Shown here: piece after piece, positions 1 through 7,613 of the stretch | How the letters are laid out: each line of letters begins with the position of its first letter | Numbering within the stretch: the first letter of the stretch is position 1 | From: a candidate division FCPU426 bacterium | GTDB lineage: Bacteria; Oederibacteriota; Muellerivitia; Muellerivitales; Muellerivitaceae | NCBI GenBank assembly: GCA_963771075.1 | Contig: CAVYSE010000028.1 | Coordinates: 32,001 to 96,000, forward strand | Reading direction: 5' to 3' | Length of the DNA: 64,000 nucleotides | Notes under the pieces: generated by a model | Databases searched by the model: none | What the model was told of the DNA's origin: nothing | The model's input: the letters and a program-made list of their open reading frames with translations, nothing else | Translations under genes and position numbers: made by a program

Positions 1-284
1 AGGAATTCCTTCATCAGTTCGGCTGCGATGAATTTACGATTCTCTTCCTGTTCCTTCAAGGTGCGTTTCTTGTAATTATCGAAATCCGCCGCCAGCCAGA
101 GGTAATTGTCCTTTGCCTCATCGTGCTTTTTCTTCCACTCTTCCGCCAGGAGGTTCCCGGTGGTATCCCCTTCCAGGCGGGGGCCCTGTTTTTCACCCGG
201 TTTTTGGAACCCATCCTCGGTTTCAGGGGCGCTGGAAAGGATTTCCACCTCCGGCTCGTTCGCGTCAGGGTTCAGGGGGATCAT
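1..284 (-). CDS. grpE: Nucleotide exchange factor GrpE (5' part; runs off window start)
   Basis: My translation from ATG at 284 gives ...EAKDNYLWLAADFDNYKKRTLKEQEE..., the GrpE 'AEFDNYRKR' signature. It lies directly downstream of hrcA. Not in the ORF track because it is truncated. Confidence 0.93.
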   Translation of the reverse strand, partial: MIPLNPDANEPEVEILSSAPETEDGFQKPGEKQGPRLEGDTTGNLLAEEWKKKHDEAKDNYLWLAADFDNYKKRTLKEQEENRKFIAAELMKEF

Positions 285-287
285 GGT

Positions 288-1316
288 TCAACTCTCCAAT
301 CGGCCGAGATTTTCTTTAAGCATCATCGCCAAATGATTGACCAGGGACACCACCCGCTCGTAATCCATCCGCGTGGGCCCCAGCACACCCAGGGAACCGA
401 CCATGCGGCCTTCCCAGGCAAAGGGGATCCTCACCAGCGAAAAATCCCGCAGCGAAACTTCAGGGATTTCCGATCCAATCTGGACCGCCAGGCCGGGTTC
501 GGCAAACCGGTTCATGAGCCGGGCCAGCAGGGCCTTTTGCTCTACGATCTTTAAAAGGCACTCCATCTTCCCGGTGTTCTGGAATTCAGGCTGTTCACCC
601 AGTTGGACAACCCCTTCCATTTGAATTTGATTCCCGAAATCCAACGCCTCCTCGATCAGTCGCAGGGTGGATTCCACGACGGATAGCCGCGTTTTTTTGA
701 CCGTCTCGGCCTCTTTCATCAGAATGGATTTCAGGTCCGTCAGGCTTTTCCCGGCGAACCGCGAGTTTAATAGATGGGTAATCTGGGTGATTTCTTTAAA
801 AGAGACCGCGGCGTCCAGGCGTACCAGCTCTTCCTTCACCAGGCCGTGGTCCAGGACCAGTATCACCATAAGTTTTTTGGCGTCGATCGGCACCAACTTG
901 AAATGGTCCAGGGAAATATCCTCCGGCACGTGGAAGGAGGCCAGGCTGCCCAGCCGGGTCATGGCGGCGAGGATCTTGGCGGTATGCCGGACGACCGCCT
1001 CCACCTCCGCCCGGGTGACCTGATATTGCCGTTCGATTTGTCTTTTTTCCTCCAGGTTCAGCCTTTTCGCCTGCATGAGCTTGTCCACATAAAGCCGGTA
1101 GGCGGGATTAAGGGGAACCCGGCCTGCTGAAGTGTGGGGGTGGGTCAAATAACCCTTGTTTTCCAGTTCCATCAACACATTGCGGACGGTGGCGGGGGAA
1201 AGGCCCATTTGCCCGGAAATGGCCTGGGAGGAAACCGGCTTGGCCGAGTTGACGTAATGATGGATCACCGAGGCAAGCACGTTCTCTTCCCGGGATTCAA
1301 GGTTCGGCGTGGTCAA
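288..1316 (-). CDS. hrcA: Heat-inducible transcription repressor HrcA
   Basis: Motifs 'SPATVRNVLMELENKGYLTHPHTSAGRVP' and 'LGVLGPTRMDY'; AGAGGAG RBS before the TTG start. Confidence 0.97.
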   Translation of the reverse strand: MTTPNLESREENVLASVIHHYVNSAKPVSSQAISGQMGLSPATVRNVLMELENKGYLTHPHTSAGRVPLNPAYRLYVDKLMQAKRLNLEEKRQIERQYQVTRAEVEAVVRHTAKILAAMTRLGSLASFHVPEDISLDHFKLVPIDAKKLMVILVLDHGLVKEELVRLDAAVSFKEITQITHLLNSRFAGKSLTDLKSILMKEAETVKKTRLSVVESTLRLIEEALDFGNQIQMEGVVQLGEQPEFQNTGKMECLLKIVEQKALLARLMNRFAEPGLAVQIGSEIPEVSLRDFSLVRIPFAWEGRMVGSLGVLGPTRMDYERVVSLVNHLAMMLKENLGRLES

Positions 1317-1353
1317 GGGACAGCTCCTCTTCAGGTTGCTCGAAGGCTAGATA

Positions 1354-1381
1354 ATAATAGGGAGGGGGTCTTTAAAGTCAA
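1354..1381 (-). promoter_or_regulatory. Putative sigma70 promoter for hrcA-grpE
   Basis: Minus strand TTGACT-N16-TATTAT about 40 nt upstream of hrcA. Confidence 0.45.
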
Positions 1382-1405
1382 CTTTCACAAGACTAAACCT
1401 GTTTA

Positions 1406-1497
1406 CCTCGAAGGCACCAAGAACTTTGAATGGCACCTATGTAAAAAACGGTATAAAAATAAACCTTTTATTCGTTTTTCTTGGTGTCTGGTTGGTT
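1406..1497. repeat. Intergenic inverted-repeat element (CACxxAG 9-mer family)
   Basis: AGGCACCAAGAA (1412-1423) pairs with TTCTTGGTGTCT (1478-1489), 11/12 match, around an AT-rich core. Confidence 0.5.
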
Positions 1498-1518
1498 CAA
1501 CAGAGATTTTATGTAGTT

Positions 1519-2625
1519 TCAAAATACGAGCTTTTCGAGCACACCATTTAGCACGAAAAACCCCTTGGATGTAGGCTTGTAATGACCTTGGGAAAAAGAC
1601 AATAACCCTTTTGACACCATATCGTCCCATCGACTCAAAACAACAGTCTTTTTGAGCTTCTCAAACTCCTTAATCTTATCCACTGGAACCCCTTCTCTCG
1701 TGCGAAGTCCCAGCATGATGCCCTCAAAAAGAATGGTCTCATCACTTAAATCTTCCTTTTGGAGGACCAAGTCCCGGCCGGCCTTTTGAATATATTCCAG
1801 CAGGTCTTCCCCATGGGTCCAACGCTTCCCATGAACCGTTCCCACGGCGGAAATGCCGAAGGCCCAATAATCCTCGCCCCTCCAGATATTCCAGTTGTGG
1901 CGGCAGTCAAAACCAGGTTTGGCGAAATTGGATACTTCGTATTGGTCGAACCCTGCTTTCCGCAATCGTTCCTGGGCATGTTCATACTGGTCCGCGACCA
2001 TTTCCTCGTCGGGAAGACACAACCCTTCCTTTACCCAGCGATGAAGGGGAGTGCCTTCTTCCACCTGTAACGCATAGAGGGAAAAATGCTCGGGGTTCAA
2101 CTCCAAGGCCTTTTCGAGGGTTTCCTGAAACATCAACAAGGTTTGATTGGGCAAACCAAACATGAGATCCAGATTGATGTTGGTGAACCCGGCCTGCCGG
2201 GCCTCCCCAAAAGCCTGCACCACCCTAGGCCACTCATGGCCCCGGCCCAGTTTTTTTAAGATATCCTTTTGGGACGCTTGAGCTCCGAAGGAAATTCGAT
2301 TAATACCCGCGTTCCGGTACCCTTCCAGCTTGGCGGGATCTACCGTTTCGGGATTTGCTTCCAGGGAAATCTCGGCGGCCGGGGAGAATTCGGTCTTTTC
2401 TCGAAGGGCTTTTAATATTCGGGCCAACTCGGCGGGAGGTAGGGTGGAGGGCGTCCCACCGCCAAAATAGATCGTCCACAAGGGGCCAGCCAGGTCGGAG
2501 GAGTGGATTTCTTCCGCCATGGCGGTGACATAGGCCCCGATCCGGGATTCCTGGCCCGCCACGGAAGTAAAATCGCAATATCCGCAGATCGAGGCGCAAA
2601 AGGGAATGTGGAGATAAACGTTCAT
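1519..2625 (-). CDS. hemW: Radical SAM heme chaperone HemW (HemN-like)
   Basis: 'YLHIPFCASICGYCDF' CxxxCxxC, 'YFGGGTPS', 'YEVSNFA', 'HNWNIW'; conserved position between lepA/lepB and hrcA. ATG 2625 preferred over TTG 2640. Confidence 0.9.
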   Translation of the reverse strand: MNVYLHIPFCASICGYCDFTSVAGQESRIGAYVTAMAEEIHSSDLAGPLWTIYFGGGTPSTLPPAELARILKALREKTEFSPAAEISLEANPETVDPAKLEGYRNAGINRISFGAQASQKDILKKLGRGHEWPRVVQAFGEARQAGFTNINLDLMFGLPNQTLLMFQETLEKALELNPEHFSLYALQVEEGTPLHRWVKEGLCLPDEEMVADQYEHAQERLRKAGFDQYEVSNFAKPGFDCRHNWNIWRGEDYWAFGISAVGTVHGKRWTHGEDLLEYIQKAGRDLVLQKEDLSDETILFEGIMLGLRTREGVPVDKIKEFEKLKKTVVLSRWDDMVSKGLLSFSQGHYKPTSKGFFVLNGVLEKLVF

Positions 2626-2725
2626 GACGCCAGATTTCAAAACTGTTCAAGTTTCACGGTGAAAACGCGGTGAAAAACAAGAACGGCTTTATTTTGATTT
2701 CGGTTGGTTTGTCGCTATTTTCCCC

Positions 2726-2745
2726 CTCTCCCCCTTGGGGGAGAG
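2726..2745. repeat. REP-like hairpin CTCTCCCCC-TT-GGGGGAGAG
   Basis: Perfect 9-bp stem between lepB and hemW. Confidence 0.5.
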
Positions 2746-2789
2746 TTTGGGGGAGCCATTTGCCAAACACAGGGTTGGGTAATCTATTA

Positions 2790-3758
2790 TTACCGGATCA
2801 CGGTGAAAACCCTGTCCTTTAAGGTCTGAAAACCTTCCTTGAATTCAGGTGATCTCCCGTTGGAAACGTAAATGATCCCCACTACCACGAGTGAGAAAAT
2901 GATCAGGTAAAGATATTGTTTGGGGGTCATTCCTTCCTCCTCCGGTTTGACAGTAGGGGGAGCATTTTCAACCGCGGTTTTCCTTGAATTGATCCGGGTC
3001 AAGGCCATCCCCAAAAGGAGCAGTAGAATCGAACCGCCCGCCACCACCAATCCAATAACCGTTAAAAGCTGGGGGACCGATAAGCTGTGCCAGTAAATCA
3101 GCCAGGCCCGCCCCTTGATGAGCTTCTCGTCCAGCTGGCCCCAATATCTCGAGTCGGCGCTATTGTCCCGGTTGTCCCCCATCATGAAATAATGATCTGG
3201 CAGGACGGTGACGGGCCCAAAATTGTCCCGGTCCACCGACAGGTAGCCCCTCGGATAGGTATTTGGGTCGATGTGTTTGACGTAGGATTCTTCTTGCTTG
3301 GTCCCGTTGACGTAGAGGTCCTTGTCTTTCACCTCGATCACGTCACCCGGAAGTCCGATACAGCGTTTGATGTAATCCTTCGTATGGTCGCCCGGGTAAA
3401 CAAACACCACGATGTCCCGGTGCTGGGGTTTGCGGTGTTGCAGGAACCGATCGGTGCTGTTCCATATGGAATAGCCATACTCGTATTTCTTGACGAGGAT
3501 ATAGTCACCCACCAGGAGGGTGTCCTCCATGGACCCGGAGGGGATGGTAAAGGGCTGGACCCAGACCGCTTTGAGGGAAAGGGCGACGATCAGGGCAATC
3601 CAAAGGGAATCGACCGTCTCCACCCACCCCGCCATTTGGGGGTTCTTGCGGATGGAGGGGATCAGCCACTTGAAGGCCCCTTCCACCAGGGTCAGGAGGA
3701 TGGCCAGGATATAAAGAAAATAATTCAAGTGCTCATATATAAAATTGACCATTTCCAT
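2790..3758 (-). CDS. lepB: Signal peptidase I with extra C-terminal TM segments
   Basis: 'IPSGSMEDTLLVGD' (catalytic Ser), 'YIKRCIGLPGD' (Lys), 'MGDNRDNSADSRYWG'; follows lepA. Confidence 0.95.
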   Translation of the reverse strand: MEMVNFIYEHLNYFLYILAILLTLVEGAFKWLIPSIRKNPQMAGWVETVDSLWIALIVALSLKAVWVQPFTIPSGSMEDTLLVGDYILVKKYEYGYSIWNSTDRFLQHRKPQHRDIVVFVYPGDHTKDYIKRCIGLPGDVIEVKDKDLYVNGTKQEESYVKHIDPNTYPRGYLSVDRDNFGPVTVLPDHYFMMGDNRDNSADSRYWGQLDEKLIKGRAWLIYWHSLSVPQLLTVIGLVVAGGSILLLLLGMALTRINSRKTAVENAPPTVKPEEEGMTPKQYLYLIIFSLVVVGIIYVSNGRSPEFKEGFQTLKDRVFTVIR

Positions 3759-3807
3759 TCCTTTTGATTCTCAATTTCACGCGATCCCAAAATGATTTGG
3801 GCCTAAA

Positions 3808-5607
3808 TTATTCCTCAACCTTCAAAACGGCCATGAAGGCTTCCTGGGGGATTTCCACGCTCCCGATGTTCTTCATGCGTTTCTTGCCTTCCTTCTGTTT
3901 TTCCAACAGTTTGCGCTTGCGGGTGATGTCCCCGCCATAGCATTTGGCCAATACGTCCTTCCGGCGGGCCCGCACCGTTTCCCTTGCGATGATCTTGCCC
4001 CCGATGGCCGCCTGGATGGGCACCTCGAACAATTGCTGGGGGATGATTTCCTTCAGCTTTTCGGCGATGCCCCGGCCCCGGACCTGGGACTTGTCCTGGT
4101 GGATCATGAAGGAGAGGGCGTCCACCACCTCCCCGTTGAGGAGGATATCCACCTTCACGATGTTGCCCTCCCGGTAGCCGATTGGCTCATAATCTAAGGA
4201 CGCGTAACCCTTGGTGCAACTCTTGAGTTTGTCGAAAAAATCCATCACCACTTCCGCCAGGGGGAGCTCATAGGTGATCATGGCCCGGGAAGTATCGAGA
4301 AAATGGGTGTTTTTGTGGATCCCCCGTTTTTCCTGGCAAAGGGTCATGACCGGACCGATGTAATCGGCCGGAACGATGATCTTTCCGTCGATAAAGGGCT
4401 CCTGGATTTCCTGCACATGGGACAGGTCGGGCAGTTTGGTGGGGTTGTCGATGAATATCTCCGACCCGTCGGTCTTCACCACCTTGTAAACCACGCTGGG
4501 GGCCGTGCAGATCAGGTTCAGGTTATATTCCCGTTCCAAGCGTTCCTGGACGATCTCCATGTGCAACAGACCCAAAAAACCGCACCGGAACCCGAAGGAA
4601 AGGGCGACCGACGTCTCGGGTTCGTAGGACAGGGCCGCGTCGGAAAGTTTCAGTTTGGAGAGGGCCTCCTTCAGGTCGTCATAATCCTCGGAAGCCACCG
4701 GGAAAAGACCGCAAAAGACCATGGGCAAAACGTCCTTGAAACCGGGCATGGCCTCGGCCGTGGGCCTATTTTCCTCGGTGACCGTATCCCCCACCTTGGC
4801 GTCGCGGACTTCCTTGATATTGGCCGCGATATAGCCGACCTCCCCCGCCTTGAGGATCCCGGTTTTCTCCATCTTTGGCTTGAACACGCCCACTTCCTCC
4901 ACCTCAAAGACTTTGCCGGTGGCCATCAATTGCATTCGGGTGTTCTTCTCGATCTTCCCTTCCAAGATGCGCACGAAGATCATGACCCCGCGGTAAATGT
5001 CGTACATGGAATCGAAGATCAGGCCCTTCAGTGGTTCTTCCTCATCCCCCTTGGGCGCGGGCACTCGCTTCACGACCGCCTCCAATATTTCCTCGATCCC
5101 CAGTCCTTCCTTGGCGGAAGCCAGGATGGCTTCCGAGCCCTCGATCGCCAGGGATTCCTCCATTTGTTTCTTGCACCGCTCCACGTCCGCCGCGGGCAGG
5201 TCGATCTTGTTGATGACGGGTATGATGGTCAGTTTTTGGTCCATGGCCAGGAAGGCGTTGGCCAGGGTCTGGGCCTCCACCCCCTGGGAGGCGTCAATAA
5301 GGAGTAGGGCCCCCTCGCAGGCCTTGAGGCTCCGGGAGACCTCGTAATTGAAATCCACATGGCCCGGGGTGTCGATGAGGTTCATTTCATAGGTCTTGCC
5401 GTCCTTCGCCTTGTAGAAAAAGCGGACCGCCTTTGCCTTGATGGTGATGCCCCGCTCCCGTTCCAGGTCCATCTGGTCCATGAGCTGCTCGCGCATTTCC
5501 CGGGGCGGGATGGCCCCCGTGAATTCCAAAAGGCGGTCGGCGAGGGTGCTTTTCCCGTGGTCGATATGGGCGATGATGCAGAAATTGCGGATATGTTCCA
5601 GCGACAA
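3808..5607 (-). CDS. lepA: Elongation factor 4 (LepA)
   Basis: '[20 protein letters not shown]', '[14 protein letters not shown]', '[25 protein letters not shown]'. Confidence 0.99.
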   Translation of the reverse strand: MSLEHIRNFCIIAHIDHGKSTLADRLLEFTGAIPPREMREQLMDQMDLERERGITIKAKAVRFFYKAKDGKTYEMNLIDTPGHVDFNYEVSRSLKACEGALLLIDASQGVEAQTLANAFLAMDQKLTIIPVINKIDLPAADVERCKKQMEESLAIEGSEAILASAKEGLGIEEILEAVVKRVPAPKGDEEEPLKGLIFDSMYDIYRGVMIFVRILEGKIEKNTRMQLMATGKVFEVEEVGVFKPKMEKTGILKAGEVGYIAANIKEVRDAKVGDTVTEENRPTAEAMPGFKDVLPMVFCGLFPVASEDYDDLKEALSKLKLSDAALSYEPETSVALSFGFRCGFLGLLHMEIVQERLEREYNLNLICTAPSVVYKVVKTDGSEIFIDNPTKLPDLSHVQEIQEPFIDGKIIVPADYIGPVMTLCQEKRGIHKNTHFLDTSRAMITYELPLAEVVMDFFDKLKSCTKGYASLDYEPIGYREGNIVKVDILLNGEVVDALSFMIHQDKSQVRGRGIAEKLKEIIPQQLFEVPIQAAIGGKIIARETVRARRKDVLAKCYGGDITRKRKLLEKQKEGKKRMKNIGSVEIPQEAFMAVLKVEE

Positions 5608-5712
5608 GTACGTCCTCTTTAGGGTGAGAAAGATTTTGAAAGGGGCCTAGTATAGGCCAGGGTTTTGATAAAAAGAAGAATGGATTCACGGGCGGGGGGA
5701 TGGGCATAAAAC

Positions 5713-5741
5713 AAAAAAGGCGGCCCCAAAGGGCCGCCTTT
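5713..5741 (-). terminator. Intrinsic terminator ending the lipoprotein/porin operon
   Basis: GGCGGCCC-N4-GGGCCGCC 8-bp stem followed by a U6 tract on the minus strand. Confidence 0.8.
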
Positions 5742-5755
5742 AAACAAAAGGGCCC

Positions 5756-6640
5756 TTAATAAAACTGGACGTTGTCGACCCAAAAGTCGGTGTAGGTGGA
5801 TACACCGGGGGCGCCAGGGGGGGGGCTGGGGCCGCCATTGGAGAACTGCCACAAAAGAAACAAGCCCAAATTCTCAAAGCTGGCCACAGGCTGGCCGTTC
5901 ACGCTCACAGGCTGGCCGTAGAGGATCGCGGGCGCGCTGAGGGCTTGGGTCGTGAGGCCGTCCGATCCGGTGGGAGAAAAACGGATTTTCATGCTACTGA
6001 ATGGAAGGGTCATGTGTTTCCAACCCGAAGTAGAACCCGAAGGCAGGTTGAAGTTAAAGTAGTTGTAGCAGTTGGCGCTATAGGGCGGCGGGCAGATTCC
6101 AGCCGGATCCGCCCCGGCGGGGGTATTTGCGGTAATGCCGACCTGAAACCAGCGCGCAGTATTCGTATCATCCGGGAGGATGTTGATGTCAAATTGGATG
6201 CCGGTGGGAAACTGGGAAAGGTCGTAAATATAAGGATCCGTCGGGTCGTTGGGGTTGTTCCTCAGGAAGCACCACAACTCGATGGCGGGATACTCGGTGG
6301 GGTTGGTGTCCGTTTGCTCGCCGTAAATGTGGACGGCGTATTGCCCCGTATCCGGCCGGGGCACCAATATGATGGGGTTCAAGCTGCCGTTGATCATGTT
6401 GGTATGGCCCGCGACACCGCCGGTGACCTCGCCCGTGAAATAACCGCCGGTTCCGTTCGTGAGGGCCGGGTTCACGAGCAGCGAGCCCTCGTGGAAGTTG
6501 CTGATGATGTCCACCGGCAGGGCGGGCGGGACCACGGAGGACACGGTGGGCACGGAACTCGTGCAGCCTTGGAAAAAGAAAAAAGTCATAAAGGCAAGGG
6601 CCAAGGAGCCCAAACCCCAACCCAGCCATTCTTTTTTCAT
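5756..6640 (-). CDS. Lipoprotein with CIA30/CBM11-like beta-sandwich (paralog 3)
   Basis: ATG 6640 with AGGAGG RBS; lipobox FQG|C; 'YDLSQFPTGIQF', 'C..CYNYF', 'GWKHMTLPFSSM', C-terminal 'DFWVDNVQFY'. Confidence 0.7.
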   Translation of the reverse strand: MKKEWLGWGLGSLALAFMTFFFFQGCTSSVPTVSSVVPPALPVDIISNFHEGSLLVNPALTNGTGGYFTGEVTGGVAGHTNMINGSLNPIILVPRPDTGQYAVHIYGEQTDTNPTEYPAIELWCFLRNNPNDPTDPYIYDLSQFPTGIQFDINILPDDTNTARWFQVGITANTPAGADPAGICPPPYSANCYNYFNFNLPSGSTSGWKHMTLPFSSMKIRFSPTGSDGLTTQALSAPAILYGQPVSVNGQPVASFENLGLFLLWQFSNGGPSPPPGAPGVSTYTDFWVDNVQFY

Positions 6641-6698
6641 TCCAAGCCTCCTACCGCTGAACATCGGTTCAAAGAGAGATATTTTTTTAATTCTACCG

Positions 6699-7613
6699 CT
6701 ATTTAAAGAATGAGATTTGATCCACGTAAAAATCCAAATTGGAGACGCCCGGCTTGTTGTTGCGGCTTCCGCTCCATTGGAGCCACATGATTTCCTGGAG
6801 ATTCTCGCCGCTCAGGGTGGGCGGGTTGGGGATGGCCCCGGATACCAGTTGCTTCAGGTCGCTGAAATTATACCGGAAAAATTCCCATTGGCCGCCGGTG
6901 CCCCCGGAGACGTCGGCCGCGAAATGGTCGTAGCAGAGGCTGGGTCCCGCGGTGCAGTCTCCCCCGGCCACCGGGGCGAGGGTGTGTTTAACGGGAATGG
7001 CGAAATGCCGCTGTATGGTCGTGTCGTCACTGGCGATCATCAGGTAAAACTGGACACCGGTGAAATTGCTTGCGTCAAAAAACGCCCCCCCCTCCGGGTA
7101 AGCGCAGAGGTCCAGCTCCGGGAAGGCTGCGTCGCCCTGGTCGGTGACGGGGCCGGACATGCGGTAGCCGAAGGCGTCCCCGTTCGGGCCGTTCCCTCCC
7201 AAGCCGACCAGGCCCCAGTACGTAAAGCCACAATAGGCCTTGAAATTATTCAGGACCGTCACGGTAGCGGAGGATGGACTTTTCAGGGTGTAGGAGGGGG
7301 GGTTGCCCGCGTCGAAGAGGCTGGGGTTAATGGGATAGCTATAAACAGGCTTGTTCGAAGTTTTGTAAACCACAGGGGCGTTGAAACTTGGGTTTTGAAT
7401 GAGGGAAACCGAGGGCGTGATCATGGCCAGAGTGTTGAAATCGGCCACCGAATCCCGGTTGATCTGGGAAGCCGGGGCTCCATAGGTGCCGACCACAGGA
7501 ATGGAATTTTGGCACCCAATGACCGCCAGCATCCCCATAGCGGCCAGGAAAGAAACGATCAAAACGTTTCTTTTGAAGCCCCTGGGGCTATTTCCCCTAG
7601 AATTGGATTTCAT
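6699..7613 (-). CDS. Lipoprotein with CIA30/CBM11-like beta-sandwich (paralog 2)
   Basis: Lipobox VIG|C; 'FDASNFTGVQFY', 'GGDCTAGPSLCYDHF', 'QWEFFRYNFSDL', 'DFYVDQISFF'. Confidence 0.7.
   Translation of the reverse strand: MKSNSRGNSPRGFKRNVLIVSFLAAMGMLAVIGCQNSIPVVGTYGAPASQINRDSVADFNTLAMITPSVSLIQNPSFNAPVVYKTSNKPVYSYPINPSLFDAGNPPSYTLKSPSSATVTVLNNFKAYCGFTYWGLVGLGGNGPNGDAFGYRMSGPVTDQGDAAFPELDLCAYPEGGAFFDASNFTGVQFYLMIASDDTTIQRHFAIPVKHTLAPVAGGDCTAGPSLCYDHFAADVSGGTGGQWEFFRYNFSDLKQLVSGAIPNPPTLSGENLQEIMWLQWSGSRNNKPGVSNLDFYVDQISFFK

Noticed and set aside
1324..1350. CIRCE element upstream of hrcA (CTAGCCTTC-N9-GAAGAGGAG on the minus strand)
   Set aside because: The left half is only 6/9 and the right half is not complementary. 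No canonical TTAGCACTC-N9-GAGTGCTAA was seen here or before hsp20.
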